Source: an uncultured Deinococcaceae bacterium
Lineage (GTDB): Bacteria; Deinococcota; Deinococci; Deinococcales; Deinococcaceae
NCBI GenBank assembly: GCA_964252075.1
Contig: CAXULY010000001.1
Location: 119,549 to 183,548, forward strand
Direction of reading: 5' to 3'
DNA length: 64,000 nt
This document shows, piece after piece, positions 1 to 10,470 of the stretch (its first letter is position 1; the number at the start of each line of letters is the position of its first letter). A program made the position numbers and the translations under genes. The notes below the pieces were generated by a model. The model was not told where the DNA came from, did no database searches, and saw only the letters and a program-made list of their open reading frames with translations.

Positions 1-1805
1 ACGGCGCGCGCTGCCGCGAGGCCCACGCCCGGCACGCGCGCGATCTCCTCGACGCTCGCCGCGCCCAGCTCCTCCAGGCTCGTGAAGTGCTCCAGCAGGG
101 CGTCCCGGCGCTTGGGTCCCACGCCGGGAATGCCGTCGAAGACGCTGGTGAACATGCTCTCGCCGCGCAGCTTGCGGTGGTACGTGATGGCGTAGTTGTG
201 CACCTCGTCGCGCACGCCGATCAGCGTGCGCAGCGCCGGGTGCGTCTCGGGCAGCAGCAGCTCACGGTTGCGGCCCACCTCCGTGCCGCTCGTGAGCCAC
301 CACTGCGCGCCGTACACGCTCGGCAGGATGATGCGCTCCTCTCGCTTTGCGAGGGCCACCACCGGCACCTGGATGTCCAGTTCCTTCAGCGCGTCGAGCG
401 CCGCGTTCAGCTGCCCGCGCCCGCCGTCAATGAGCAGCAGGTCCGGCAGCGGGAGCTTGTCGGACAGGCTGCCCGCGAAGCGCCGCGTGACGGTCTGGCG
501 CATGCTGGTGTAGTCGTCCGGGTGGTCGAGGCCCTTCACCTTGAAGCGGCGGTGCTCGCTGCGCCGCGCGCGCCCCCCCTCGAACACCACCATGCCCGAC
601 ACGATGTTCGTGCCGAACAGGTTCGAGTTGTCGTACCCCTCGATGCGCCAGGGCCGCTCGGGCAACGCGAGTTCCTCCCGCAGCGCCTCCAGTCCCGGGT
701 GGTCGCCGCGCTTCTCCAGCAGCAGCAACTCGGACTCCAGGCCGTTCTCGGCGTTGCGCTGCGCCATCTCCACGAGGTCCAGCTTGTCACCGCGCTGCGG
801 CACGCGCAGCTCCACCCTGCGGCCCGCGCGCTCCGAGAGCAGGTCACTCCAGAGGCCCGCATCCTCGTACTCGGCGGGCAGGAGGATCAGGGGCGGCACG
901 TGCGTCGCGAGGCTGTAGTAGTCCTGCACGAACGCGCCAATCACCTCGTCGGGGCTCGACTCGCCCGCGCCCGTCAGGAAGCGCTTGTCGCGCCCCACCA
1001 CGCGCCCACCCCGCATGCGGAACAGCTGCACCATCGCGTACTCGCCCGCCACCTTGAAGCCCAGGAAATCCAGGTCCGTCTCGCTGCCCACGAAGGCGTT
1101 CTGCTCCGTCCCGAACAGCTTCTCGACGGCCTGCAGGCGGTCACGCAACCGGCCGGCCTGCTCGAAGTCCTGCTTCTGCGCCGCCTCACGCATGCCCACG
1201 CGCAGGCCCTGCACCACGTCCGCCGCGCGGCCCTCCAGCAGCTGCTTCACGTCATGCACGACGCGCGCGTACTCGTCCGCGTCCGCGAAATCCACGCACG
1301 GCGCGAGGCAGCGCCCCATGTGGTAGTTCAGGCACGGGCGCGGCTTCTTCTGCATGGGGAGGCCGCTGTTCTTGCGCAGCGGGAACATGGTGTCTACCAG
1401 GTTCTTCACGCGCCGCACGGCGCTCGCGTCCGGGTACGGACCGTAGTAACTCGCGCCGTCCTTCACGACGCGCCGCGTCACGACCAGCATGGGGTACTTC
1501 TCACTCGTGAGTTTCAGGAACGGGTAGTGCTTGTCGTCCTTGAGGAGCACGTTGTAGTGCGGTCGGTGCTGCTTGATGAGGTTCGCTTCCAGCACGAGCG
1601 CCTCCACCTCGTTGCGTGCCGTGATGAACTCCAGCCCCACCGCCTCCGCCGTGAACTTCCCGGACTTCCCGCCCGCCTTGAAGTGCTGCTGCACGCGTGA
1701 GCGCAGGTTCTTCGCCTTGCCGATATAGATGGGCGGCCCTCCCACCGAGCGGAACAGGTACACGCCGGGCGTGGTGGGCAGCACGGGCAGGTCTTCAAAG
1801 AGCAT
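1..1805 (-). CDS. uvrC: Excinuclease ABC subunit C (3' end runs off window)
   Basis: Reverse strand from ATG 1805 reads [33 protein letters not shown] (GIY-YIG), later [38 protein letters not shown] and HhH ([10 protein letters not shown]). TAAAAT -10 box lies 7 nt upstream of the ATG. Confidence 0.95.
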   Translation of the reverse strand, partial: MLFEDLPVLPTTPGVYLFRSVGGPPIYIGKAKNLRSRVQQHFKAGGKSGKFTAEAVGLEFITARNEVEALVLEANLIKQHRPHYNVLLKDDKHYPFLKLTSEKYPMLVVTRRVVKDGASYYGPYPDASAVRRVKNLVDTMFPLRKNSGLPMQKKPRPCLNYHMGRCLAPCVDFADADEYARVVHDVKQLLEGRAADVVQGLRVGMREAAQKQDFEQAGRLRDRLQAVEKLFGTEQNAFVGSETDLDFLGFKVAGEYAMVQLFRMRGGRVVGRDKRFLTGAGESSPDEVIGAFVQDYYSLATHVPPLILLPAEYEDAGLWSDLLSERAGRRVELRVPQRGDKLDLVEMAQRNAENGLESELLLLEKRGDHPGLEALREELALPERPWRIEGYDNSNLFGTNIVSGMVVFEGGRARRSEHRRFKVKGLDHPDDYTSMRQTVTRRFAGSLSDKLPLPDLLLIDGGRGQLNAALDALKELDIQVPVVALAKREERIILPSVYGAQWWLTSGTEVGRNRELLLPETHPALRTLIGVRDEVHNYAITYHRKLRGESMFTSVFDGIPGVGPKRRDALLEHFTSLEELGAASVEEIARVPGVGLAAARA

Positions 1806-1837
1806 TGCCCTTATTTTACGCGCTGGGCGAAGCGGAA

Positions 1838-2404
1838 ATGGGTACGGCCCGCCACTTGGCGCGGCGGACGGATGCCGCCCCTCAAGCGGGGTGTCACGGC
1901 CTGACCGCCCTGCATGCCGCTGGGCGCTTTCAGGGGTACAGCGACACGCCGCTCAACAGGGAGGGTAGGCACAAGCGCGCCCTTGCCACACACGTCGCCG
2001 CTCAGTGCGTGCGTGCTTCGGTGGTGTATAGCAGTGACCTGCCGTGCGTCGTGCAGACAGCGGGGCGGGTCGCGGACGCCATGCGAGATTCGCGTGGGCG
2101 ATAGGGAAGGAACCTGCGATGCAACCACCCGCAGTTGCGCGCGGGGTGTCTGTCCGGGCGCCCTGAACTTCGTTTCCCGAACGGTGGACGTTTTGATGAG
2201 GTGGGCGCGCACGCGCCCTTCCTCGCGCTGACCTCGCATGGGGTTGCCATCGCCGCGCTGCTGTGCCACCTGCTGCACCGCGACTTCGCCACGACCTGGG
2301 CAGACCAAAGCAGCCTGCATGACGACACCGCCTGCAGCGTGCTGGACCTTAACCCCGATGGTTGGACTTTCCTGAGCGCCAGCTGTCGCAGGTGCCGGGC
2401 TTGA
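1838..2404 (+). pseudogene. Histidine phosphatase (phosphoglycerate mutase-like) family remnant
   Basis: Family-like fragments in different frames: [25 protein letters not shown] (ORF 1697-2104) and LTSHGVAIAALLCHLL (ORF 2135-2404). The RHG motif is not intact and codon usage is atypical. Boundaries approximate. Confidence 0.6.
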
Positions 2405-2542
2405 CGGTTGGTCCACGCCGCTTAAGCATACGGATTCACCTACCGTTCACACCTCGCCCTCGCTGCGTTCACGGGCGCGCCAGCACCATGTCCGTGCGGG
2501 CGTACCGCCGTTTTGTGGCCCTCACCGCGGAAAGGAAACGCA

Positions 2543-2911
2543 ATGCGACTCAATCATCTTGACCTGCAGGTGTCCGACGTGCATGCCGCGCGGGCCTTCT
2601 TCGAGACACACTTCGGGCTGCGCTGCACTTACGCGAGGGGCGACCAGATCGCCATCTTCACGGACGAGACTGGCTTCGCCTTCGGGGTCAGCAACCTGTT
2701 CAGGCACCGTGGGACGCCGCTCTACCCGCCGGACTTCCACGTGGGTTTCATCTTGGAGAACGCCGCGCAGGTGGAGGACGCCTATCACCGCCTCCGGGCG
2801 GCGGATGTCGAGACCGTCTCCGAACCGCGCATCGGCGGGACCCACTTGTACTTCGTGTGCCTCGGGCCGGACGGCATCCGGGTGGAGGTGAGTGGGCCGC
2901 GCGAGGCATGA
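2543..2911 (+). CDS. VOC/glyoxalase family protein
   Basis: MRLNHLDLQVSDVHAARAFFETHFG..FHVGF..GPDGIRVEV; AGGA RBS upstream of ATG 2543. Confidence 0.85.
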   Translation: MRLNHLDLQVSDVHAARAFFETHFGLRCTYARGDQIAIFTDETGFAFGVSNLFRHRGTPLYPPDFHVGFILENAAQVEDAYHRLRAADVETVSEPRIGGTHLYFVCLGPDGIRVEVSGPREA

Positions 2912-3100
2912 AGAGAAACTGCCCGGTTGGACGTGAGGACTCGAAGCTCCGTTTGGGCGCCGTCGTGGCTGCGGTTGGTCGCTCGGCCGGCAGGACCGTT
3001 GGCTTCTGTCTGGTTCGGGCGTGCTGATAAAAACGGATGGTCTAGCGCGTCCTGTGCGGAGCGGATTGCTCACCCTGGCGGATCTCCACTTGACCGGCGG

Positions 3101-4324
3101 TCAGTAATGGGTCAGTGTCTCGACCGTTCCGCTCAGTCGGGCGCGCTCCCCGGCGAAGGCCATGCGGTGGCTGTCGAGGGACTCCGCGAGGCGGGTGGGG
3201 GGGGTGGGCGTCTCGCCGCGCAGAAAGGCCAGCCATGCGCGCACGAGGCCGTCGTCGCCGCCCGCGTGGTTCCCTCCGGCCTCCACGTGGTGCGTGGTGG
3301 GCTCGCCGATGAAGGGCCGCACCTCGATCTCGCCGTGGTCCATGTGGCCGCGCAGTTCTCCGCGTGTGCCGAGCAGCTTGAGGGTGCGGGTGTTCTCGAA
3401 TGTGAAGGCGGACACCGTCAGGCTTGTCCGAACACCGTTCGCGAACGCGATGGTGGCGGCCAGATGGTCTGGCTGATCGTTGTCCGCGTGGTACACGCAA
3501 CGCCCGTACGGCCCTTCACGCAGCGCCGCCAGCAGGTCCGCCGGGTCGTGCGACGCGGTCAGCACCGACACCGGCCACACGCCCGGGGGGCGTCCCAGGT
3601 AGATGCGGCGCGCGTCGTACGGGCAGTCCAGCACGGGGCAGTCCAGGCACCGCTCCGCCGCGCCCGGCGGCGCCTCCTCCGGCCGGAAGTGCAGGAGGTC
3701 CCCCGAGCAGCTGATCGTCACGGGCGTGGCGCCCGCGAACCAGCGCAGCACATCCAGGTCATGCACCGCCTTCGCGAGGATGAACGGCCCGCTGCCCTGC
3801 GCAACGCTCCGCCAGTTGCCGCGCACGTAGGAGTGCGCGTAATGCCACCACGCCACGTTCTCCAGGTGCGCCGCGCCCACCAGCCGCCCGATCACGCCCT
3901 CCTGAATCAGCCGCGCGACCTCCCTGAAAAACGGCGTGTGCCGCAGCGGGTGGCACACCGTGACGCGCCCGGCGCTGCCCGCCTCGGCGGCCAGCAGGAC
4001 GTCCAGCTCCTCCTCGCGCAGACACACGGGTTTCTCCAGCAGCAGGTGGTACCCGAGGTCCAGCGCCGCGAGCGCGGGCGCGACGTGTTCATGATCGGGC
4101 GTGGCAATCACCACGCCATCCGCGATGCGCCCCAGCGCCAGCAGGTCCTGCCAGTCCGCGAAGCGCCGCTCCTCCGGCACGCCCGCCGCGTCACCCACCA
4201 GCGCGAGGCGCTCCGCGCGGGGGTCCGCGATTGCCACGACGCGCGCGCCCTGCGCCGTCAGGTGCCGGGCGTACACGTCCCCGCCGCGGTTCCCGCAGCC
4301 GATCACGGCGACCGTGACGCTCAC
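3101..4324 (-). CDS. Gfo/Idh/MocA family oxidoreductase
   Basis: VAVIGCGNRG Rossmann motif, IATPDHEH, LLLEKP, YVRGNWR, AKAVHDLD; GTG start overlaps upstream stop. Confidence 0.9.
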   Translation of the reverse strand: MSVTVAVIGCGNRGGDVYARHLTAQGARVVAIADPRAERLALVGDAAGVPEERRFADWQDLLALGRIADGVVIATPDHEHVAPALAALDLGYHLLLEKPVCLREEELDVLLAAEAGSAGRVTVCHPLRHTPFFREVARLIQEGVIGRLVGAAHLENVAWWHYAHSYVRGNWRSVAQGSGPFILAKAVHDLDVLRWFAGATPVTISCSGDLLHFRPEEAPPGAAERCLDCPVLDCPYDARRIYLGRPPGVWPVSVLTASHDPADLLAALREGPYGRCVYHADNDQPDHLAATIAFANGVRTSLTVSAFTFENTRTLKLLGTRGELRGHMDHGEIEVRPFIGEPTTHHVEAGGNHAGGDDGLVRAWLAFLRGETPTPPTRLAESLDSHRMAFAGERARLSGTVETLTHY

Positions 4325-5340
4325 GCGCGCTCCACGCCCCAGCCGGGCGCCGTGGGCCGCTCCAGCTGCCCGGCGGTCCACCTGAGGCCCACGAAGGGGT
4401 CGTTCGAGAGCAGCAGCGCGCCGTCCAGGTCCACCCAGTCCGCGAGGCCCGCGAGGTGCGCGGACGCCGCGATGCCGAGGCTCGACTCGATCATGCAGCC
4501 CAGCATGACGTTCAGGCCCAGCGCCCGCGCGAGCCGCGCCGCGCGCAGCGCCTGCAGCGGCCCGCCCAGCTTCGCGATCTTGAGGTTCACCGCGTCGAAG
4601 GCGCCCGCGAGGCGCGGCAGGACGCTCAGGTCGTGCAGGCTCTCGTCCGCGACGAGCGGGATGCGGCTCGCGCGGCGCAACTCCGCGTGCCCCTCCAGGT
4701 CCTCCGCCACCAGCGGCTGCTCCAGCAGCTCCACGCCGTGCGCGTCCAGCACGTCCAGCATGCGTTTCGCGGTGCTGCGCGACCACGCGGCGTTCGCGTC
4801 CACCCGCAGGCGCGCGGCGGGCGCCTCCTCGCGCAGCGCCTCCAGGATCGGCACGTCGCGGTCCGTGCCGAGCTTCACCTTCAGGATCGTGTAGCCCGCC
4901 GCGAGTGCGTCGCGCGTCTGCCCGCGCATATCGTCCAGGCCAGCGATGCTGATGGTGTAGCTGCTCTCCGGGATGGGCACGCCGCTGAGGCCCAGCAGGC
5001 GCCACACGGGCTGCCCGGCCTGCCGCGCGCTCCACTCCAGCGCCGCCATCTCCAGCGCGCAGCGCACGCTGGGGTGCCCGTGCGGGAAGCGCGCCGCCAT
5101 GCGCGCCGCGAGGCCGTCCCAGTCCCAGGGGTCCGTGAGGGCCGCCGAGAGCTCGGGCAGCACCGCCTCCACGGTGCCGCGCGTCTCGCCGTAGAAGGCG
5201 TTCGGGGCGGCCTCACCGCGCCCCGTCACGCCCACGTGCGTGAAGGTCACGAGGGTGCGCGGGTACAGGCTGTGCGTCCAGCGCGCGATGCCGAAGGGCG
5301 CGCGCGTCGTGAGGTCCAGCGTCTCCCACGTGACGCTCAC
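4321..5340 (-). CDS. L-Ala-D/L-Glu dipeptide epimerase (enolase superfamily)
   Basis: GRGEAAP, LKVKLG, RVDANAAW, LEQP, ADES, NLKIAKLGG, GCMIES, DLDG motifs. Confidence 0.88.
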   Translation of the reverse strand: MSVTWETLDLTTRAPFGIARWTHSLYPRTLVTFTHVGVTGRGEAAPNAFYGETRGTVEAVLPELSAALTDPWDWDGLAARMAARFPHGHPSVRCALEMAALEWSARQAGQPVWRLLGLSGVPIPESSYTISIAGLDDMRGQTRDALAAGYTILKVKLGTDRDVPILEALREEAPAARLRVDANAAWSRSTAKRMLDVLDAHGVELLEQPLVAEDLEGHAELRRASRIPLVADESLHDLSVLPRLAGAFDAVNLKIAKLGGPLQALRAARLARALGLNVMLGCMIESSLGIAASAHLAGLADWVDLDGALLLSNDPFVGLRWTAGQLERPTAPGWGVERA

Positions 5341-6209
5341 GCGCGGTCCTCCGGCCAGCGCCCGAAGCCCTGCAGGTCCGCCGCGAGGCGCTGGCCGTAC
5401 CGCCCCTCGCCCAGCACCTCGATGCTCACCGCCATGTGCGTCGCATTGGCGTGCAGCATGCGGCGGCCGTCCAACATGATGCCCACGTGACCGGGGAAGA
5501 ACGCGAGGTCGCCCGGCTCGGGCGTGCTCACGGGGGTCAGGTGGGCCTGCTGCTGGTCCGCGTCCCGCGGGATGCCCAGGCCCGCACGCGCGTACACCAG
5601 CTGCGAGAGGCCCGAGCAGTCCAGCCCCCACGCGGTGCGCCCGCCCCACACATAGGGCGTGTCCAGGAACCGCAGCGCGAAGTCCACCACGTCGCCCGGC
5701 GGCGCCTCGAAGCAGGCCTTCCCGATGAAGGCCCGCCCGCCCCGGTACGCGACCTCGTACCAGTCGCGGCCCCGCACCTCCTGCACCCCCAGAATCGCGA
5801 GGTGCGCGCCGAAGGCGACCTCGTCCAGCACGCGCGCGCTCACCGCGGGCGCGTCGTACAGGTGCGCGCGCAGCGCCATGACGGGCATGGTCGCCTGCGC
5901 CGCGCGGTCCGTGAGGCCGTCCGCGCGCGCGTACCCCAGGTACCCGTCGTGCAGCGTGCGCACCCACGCCCACTCCCCGAGCGGCTCAATCACCTCCAGC
6001 GCCTCACCCAGCACGGCCTCGCTCACCTGATTGGCGCCGTCCTGCGGTGCGGCGCGCAGGCTCACGCGGCCCGCCGCCGCCCAGGCGGGCGTGGGCGTCA
6101 GGTACGCCCACGTGCCCGGCAGCTGCCCCTGCAGCGCCACCTCCGCCACGCGGCGGTCCGCGTCCAGGGCGTAACTGCGGTCATCCAGCGTGAGCGCGTC
6201 CAGCGTCAC
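5337..6209 (-). CDS. NlpC/P60 (C40) peptidase with SH3-like N-terminus, YkfC/dipeptidyl-peptidase VI-like
   Basis: TPYVWGGRTAWGLDCSGL, PRDADQQ, PGDLAFFPGHVGI. Confidence 0.88.
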   Translation of the reverse strand: MTLDALTLDDRSYALDADRRVAEVALQGQLPGTWAYLTPTPAWAAAGRVSLRAAPQDGANQVSEAVLGEALEVIEPLGEWAWVRTLHDGYLGYARADGLTDRAAQATMPVMALRAHLYDAPAVSARVLDEVAFGAHLAILGVQEVRGRDWYEVAYRGGRAFIGKACFEAPPGDVVDFALRFLDTPYVWGGRTAWGLDCSGLSQLVYARAGLGIPRDADQQQAHLTPVSTPEPGDLAFFPGHVGIMLDGRRMLHANATHMAVSIEVLGEGRYGQRLAADLQGFGRWPEDRA

Positions 6210-7213
6210 GCCTGGCCCTCCTCGCCGGGGTACCGCACGCCCAGCTGGGCGCGCACGCGGTCCATGGTGCGCATCACGGCCACGCTCTCATCGAGCGGCA
6301 TGATGTCGCTCTCCGTGCGGCCCGCGCGCAGCAGGCGCGCCACCTCGTCCGCCTCGAACTGGTAGCCGCCCTCGAACGGCAGGGACACCACCTCCGGCTC
6401 CTGACCCCGGCGGTGCACCGTCAGTTGACGCGTGTGAAAGAACGCCGGGCCCGCCTCGATGCGCCCCTCGGTGCCGTACACGATCGCGTCCTGGCGCGTC
6501 TCGGTGCGCGACCCGCACGTCAGCACCGCGAGCTGCCCGCCCGCGTGCCCGAGCAGCATGCCCACCTGGTCGTCCACGCCGGTCGGCGCGAGCGTCCCCG
6601 CGGCCTGCACGGTGTCCGGCTCGCCCAGCAGCATGCTCGCGAAACTCACGGGGTACACGCCCAGGTCCAGCAGTGCGCCGCCCCCCAGCTCCGGTTTGAA
6701 GAGGCGGTGCTCCGGGTCGAACTCCGCGCGAATCCCGAAGTTCGCGGTCACCAGCCGCACCTCCCCGATGGCGCCCTCCCGCACGAGTTCCCGCAGGCGC
6801 ACGATCGCCGGAATCCAGCGCGTCCACATCGCCTCGACGAGCAGCAGGCCGTGCTCCCGCGCGGTGTTCACCAGCTCCTGCGCCTGCGCGGCGTTCACGG
6901 TGAGGGCCTTCTCGCACAGCACCGCCTTCCCGCCCTGCAGGCACAGCAGGGTGTCCTCGTAATGCATGGGGTGCGGCGTCGCGACGTACACCGCGTCCAC
7001 GTCCGGGTCCGCGGCGAGCGCCGCGTAGCCCTCGTAGCAGCGCGCGGCGTCCACGCCGAACTCCGCGCCGAAGGCCTCGGCTCGCGCCTTGCTGCGCGAC
7101 GCGACCGCCACGAGCTGCGCGCCGTCCGCCTGCGGGAGGTCGCGCGCGAAGGCGTGCGCGATGCCGCCCGGACCAAGGATGCCCCAGCGGATGGGTCGAT
7201 TGGATTCAGTCAT
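6206..7213 (-). CDS. Gfo/Idh/MocA family oxidoreductase
   Basis: IRWGILGPGGIA, YVATPHPMH, LCEKA, GGGALLDLGVY. Confidence 0.9.
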   Translation of the reverse strand: MTESNRPIRWGILGPGGIAHAFARDLPQADGAQLVAVASRSKARAEAFGAEFGVDAARCYEGYAALAADPDVDAVYVATPHPMHYEDTLLCLQGGKAVLCEKALTVNAAQAQELVNTAREHGLLLVEAMWTRWIPAIVRLRELVREGAIGEVRLVTANFGIRAEFDPEHRLFKPELGGGALLDLGVYPVSFASMLLGEPDTVQAAGTLAPTGVDDQVGMLLGHAGGQLAVLTCGSRTETRQDAIVYGTEGRIEAGPAFFHTRQLTVHRRGQEPEVVSLPFEGGYQFEADEVARLLRAGRTESDIMPLDESVAVMRTMDRVRAQLGVRYPGEEGQA

Positions 7214-7228
7214 GGTAAGCTCCTGTGT

Positions 7229-8257
7229 TCAGAGGTGGGTGGTGAGCCAGCGCAGCCAGTTCCCGGCGCGCACGGCGTCGCGGTGCTCGGGCGGCAGCAG
7301 GTCGAAGAGGGCCGTGATGTCCCGCACGCGCTCCATGCCCGCCGGGACCTTCTCGACGCCGAAACCGCCATCGAGGTCGCTGCCGAGCCCCACGTGCGCC
7401 CAGCCGACCAGCGACGCGTAATGCTCGGCGTGCGCGGCGAGCGCGCTCATGGGCAGGCGCGGCTGCTCCGCCGTCCAGCCCGCCTGGGTGAAGGGGTTCA
7501 GCGGCACCAGCCCGATCACGCCGCCGCGCGACCCGATCGCGCGCGCCATGTCATTCGTGAGGTGGCGGTTCATGTTCGGCTGGTCGCCCGGCAGCAGGGC
7601 GCGCGCGTTGCTGTGCGTGGCGACCACCGCGGGCTGAATCTCGATGGCCTGCCAGAACGCTGCCTCGTCGAGGTGCGAGGCATCCAGGGGGGTGCCGGAC
7701 TCCCGCATGGCGTGCAGCAACTCCACGCCCGCGTCCGTGAGGGGGCCGGGCGCCGCCGTGCCGCCCGCGTAGCGCGTGGCGCCCCACGCGGGCCCGATGA
7801 GGCGCACGCCCTCGCGCACCCACCACGCCACCTCATCCGGCGTGCGCACGGGGTCCGCGCCCTCCATCAGGATCACCGCCCCGAGCGGCGACCCGGGCGT
7901 CCAGGCCTCCACGTGCGCCCAGATCTCCGCGCTGGACCGCAGGAGCCGCAGGTGCCCGGCGTCCTCCCAGCGGCGGTACTGGTCGAGCTGCGCGACGGCC
8001 TGCGCGCGCGCGCCCTCCGCGTCCGTGTACCCGTGCGGGTCCTCGGGCGTCACGGGCGCCGCGAACAGCGTGCACAGCGCGAGGCCCACCCTGGCGTCCC
8101 GCAACTCCCCGAAGGTGACGAGCGGCGTGTCCGGCCCGCTCATGCTCGCGCGCAGGTCCGGCAGGGTGAGCGTGAGGTCACGGCCATTTACGGCGTTGAA
8201 CGCGAGGTCCAGGTGCGCGTCCACGATCAGGCCCGGTGCGGGCGTCACGGCGCTCAC
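7229..8257 (-). CDS. Membrane dipeptidase (peptidase M19) family
   Basis: IVDAHLDLA, LMEGAD, DASHL, ATHSNARAL, GLGSDLDGG; start codon approximate. Confidence 0.85.
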   Translation of the reverse strand: MSAVTPAPGLIVDAHLDLAFNAVNGRDLTLTLPDLRASMSGPDTPLVTFGELRDARVGLALCTLFAAPVTPEDPHGYTDAEGARAQAVAQLDQYRRWEDAGHLRLLRSSAEIWAHVEAWTPGSPLGAVILMEGADPVRTPDEVAWWVREGVRLIGPAWGATRYAGGTAAPGPLTDAGVELLHAMRESGTPLDASHLDEAAFWQAIEIQPAVVATHSNARALLPGDQPNMNRHLTNDMARAIGSRGGVIGLVPLNPFTQAGWTAEQPRLPMSALAAHAEHYASLVGWAHVGLGSDLDGGFGVEKVPAGMERVRDITALFDLLPPEHRDAVRAGNWLRWLTTHL

Positions 8258-8258
8258 C

Positions 8259-8948
8259 TCAGGCCGTCCGGCGCTCGGCTTCGAGCAGCGCGTCCAGCGT
8301 GTGAATGGCGTCCGGCGCCTTGCCCGTGTGGTCAATCAGGACCGCCTGCATGCCCACCGAGCGCGCCGCCTCCACGTTCTCCGGGCGGTCATCCACGAAC
8401 AGGATGTGCGGCGGCGCGAGGTCCAGCCGCTCGGCGGCCAGCACGAACACGCTCGGGTCCGGCTTGTGCACGCCGAGCGTGCAGCTCGCGAGCGCCACAT
8501 CCACGAGGTCCGCGAGGCCCACCGCCTCCAGCGTCACGCCCACGTTCGGGAGGGTGTTCGATAGTACCCCGATCTTCAGGCCGCGCGCGCGCAGCGCCTC
8601 CAGCACCGCCCGCGCGCCCGGTGCGGGCACCAGGAACCGCCAGTACGGGTACGCCTCCACGAGCGGTCGGCCCTCCGCGGGGTCCAGGCCCATGCGCTGC
8701 GCGAGTTCCACACCGTAGGCCTCCCAGAAGGCCTCCTCGTCCTCCAGGGTGCGCAAGTGCTCCCAGCGGCCCTCCACGCTCGCCCACTGCGCCTGCATCG
8801 CCTTGCCTGCCTCGCGCGGGTCCAGCCCGTACCGCTCGGCGGCCCAGCGCGCCGCCTGCTGGTACACGCCGACGTCCGTCAAGCTGAGGGTGTCGTCTCG
8901 GTCGAAGAGCACTGCCCGGATGTCGCTGCCATGCATGGGCCCCATCAT
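8259..8948 (-). CDS. HAD-superfamily hydrolase
   Basis: AVLFDRDDTL, LSNT, HKPDP, FVDD motifs. Confidence 0.85.
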   Translation of the reverse strand: MMGPMHGSDIRAVLFDRDDTLSLTDVGVYQQAARWAAERYGLDPREAGKAMQAQWASVEGRWEHLRTLEDEEAFWEAYGVELAQRMGLDPAEGRPLVEAYPYWRFLVPAPGARAVLEALRARGLKIGVLSNTLPNVGVTLEAVGLADLVDVALASCTLGVHKPDPSVFVLAAERLDLAPPHILFVDDRPENVEAARSVGMQAVLIDHTGKAPDAIHTLDALLEAERRTA

Positions 8949-9041
8949 GCCCCCGCACGATGAGGGGGATGCAAGGGGGATGCCGTGCGGGTTGGCGGGA
9001 AGCCGGGCGGCGCCGTCATGCCGGACCCTCTCACGCCTGCG

Positions 9042-10460
9042 TCACGGGAGCTTGAAGGCGACCGCCGTGCGCGGCGGCAGGCTCAGGTGCAGAAACCCGC
9101 CGCGCACGCTCGCGCCCGCGTCCTGCCCGAACAGGTCCCGCGCGAGCGGCATGGCGGCCATGCCGCTCCTCACGCTGTACGTGGTGCGCCGGTCCCCGTT
9201 GTGGAAGGCCACCAGCACGCGCTCTCCCTGCGCCTCCCGCACGAACACCAGCAGCTGGTCGCCCAGCGCGTCCGGCACCGTCTGCACGCGCGTGCTCCCG
9301 AACCCCAGCGCGGGGTGCGCCCTGCGCACCGCGATGGCCCCCTTCGCCGCGTCGAACACCGCGCGCTCGGCGGGCGTCCAGGCGTCCGGGAAGCGCATGT
9401 CCCGGCGGTTGTCAGGGTCCGCGCCGCCGCGCATGGCGATCTCCGTGCCCTGCCAGATGACCGGCACGCCGCGCAGGGTCATGAGCGCCCGCAGGCCGTA
9501 CACAGTGCGCGCCTGCCCCTCGTCCTCGAACAGGGAGCCCTGCGCGAAGCGTGGCAGGTCATGGTTGTCCAGGAAGATCGCCGCCTGACCCGCGTCCTGC
9601 ATCTCGCCGTCCCGCGCGAGCACGCCAGCGATGCGCCCGAGGCCCTGCCCACCCATCACGGCCTGCTGCAGCGCGCCCTGCAAGGCGAAGTCGAAGAGGC
9701 TGGAGAGCCCCCGCCGCTGGTAATTCCCGATGTCGCCCGCGTCCGCGCCGTAGTACTCCCCGAGCGTCCAGAGGCCCTCCGCGCGGTTCTTCGCCGCGAG
9801 CGCCTGCAGGAAGTCCGGGTCCACGTTCTTGATGGCGTCGTACCGGAAGGCGTCCACGCCCATGCCGCGCCAGAAGTCCGAGTTGGCGTTCAGGAACTGC
9901 GCGACCTCCGCGTTTTTCTGGTTCAGGTCCGGCAGGTCCGCGAGCGGGCAGTCCTGGTCGCGGTTCGTGGCGCTCGCGCAGTCCGCCGCCGTGTGGAACC
10001 ACGCGGGGTGCGCCTGCTGGGCGGGCGCGCCGTACCCATAGTGGTTGATGACCTGATCCAGCATGACCTTCAGGCCGTCCGCGTGCGCGGTCTTCACGAA
10101 GGTCTGGAAGTCCGCGGGCGTCCCGAAGTGCGGGTCCACCGCGCGGAAGTCCCATGGCCAGTACCCGTGGTACGCGCTGAACTCCCCGTACAGCGTGGGG
10201 CGCTGCTGGTACACGGGCGTGAGCCACACCGCCGTCGCGCCGAGGTCCCGGATGTAATCCAGCTTCCCCGTGAGGCCCTTGAGGTCCCCGCCGTGCCACA
10301 CCTTCAGATTCGAGCGGTCCGCGCCCGCGTCGTTCGTGGGGTCGCCGTCCGCGAAGCGGTCCGGCATCACCTGGTAGATCACCTGACCGCGCCAGTCCGG
10401 CGCGCCCTGCGCGACCGCCACCGTGAGGAGCGCCCCGAGGAGCGCCAGCCGTTTGTTCAT
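9042..10460 (-). CDS. Secreted GH13 alpha-amylase family protein
   Basis: Signal peptide; IYQVMPDRFADGD, YHGYWP, DQVINH, DAFRYDAIK, GE, FLDNHD. Confidence 0.92.
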   Translation of the reverse strand: MNKRLALLGALLTVAVAQGAPDWRGQVIYQVMPDRFADGDPTNDAGADRSNLKVWHGGDLKGLTGKLDYIRDLGATAVWLTPVYQQRPTLYGEFSAYHGYWPWDFRAVDPHFGTPADFQTFVKTAHADGLKVMLDQVINHYGYGAPAQQAHPAWFHTAADCASATNRDQDCPLADLPDLNQKNAEVAQFLNANSDFWRGMGVDAFRYDAIKNVDPDFLQALAAKNRAEGLWTLGEYYGADAGDIGNYQRRGLSSLFDFALQGALQQAVMGGQGLGRIAGVLARDGEMQDAGQAAIFLDNHDLPRFAQGSLFEDEGQARTVYGLRALMTLRGVPVIWQGTEIAMRGGADPDNRRDMRFPDAWTPAERAVFDAAKGAIAVRRAHPALGFGSTRVQTVPDALGDQLLVFVREAQGERVLVAFHNGDRRTTYSVRSGMAAMPLARDLFGQDAGASVRGGFLHLSLPPRTAVAFKLP

Positions 10461-10470
10461 GCGCCGCAGT

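Noticed and set aside
1816..1832. Possible RDRM upstream of uvrC (TTACGCGCTGGGCGAAG)
   Set aside because: Only the left half fits and the right end deviates from the consensus. Too weak without a PWM score.
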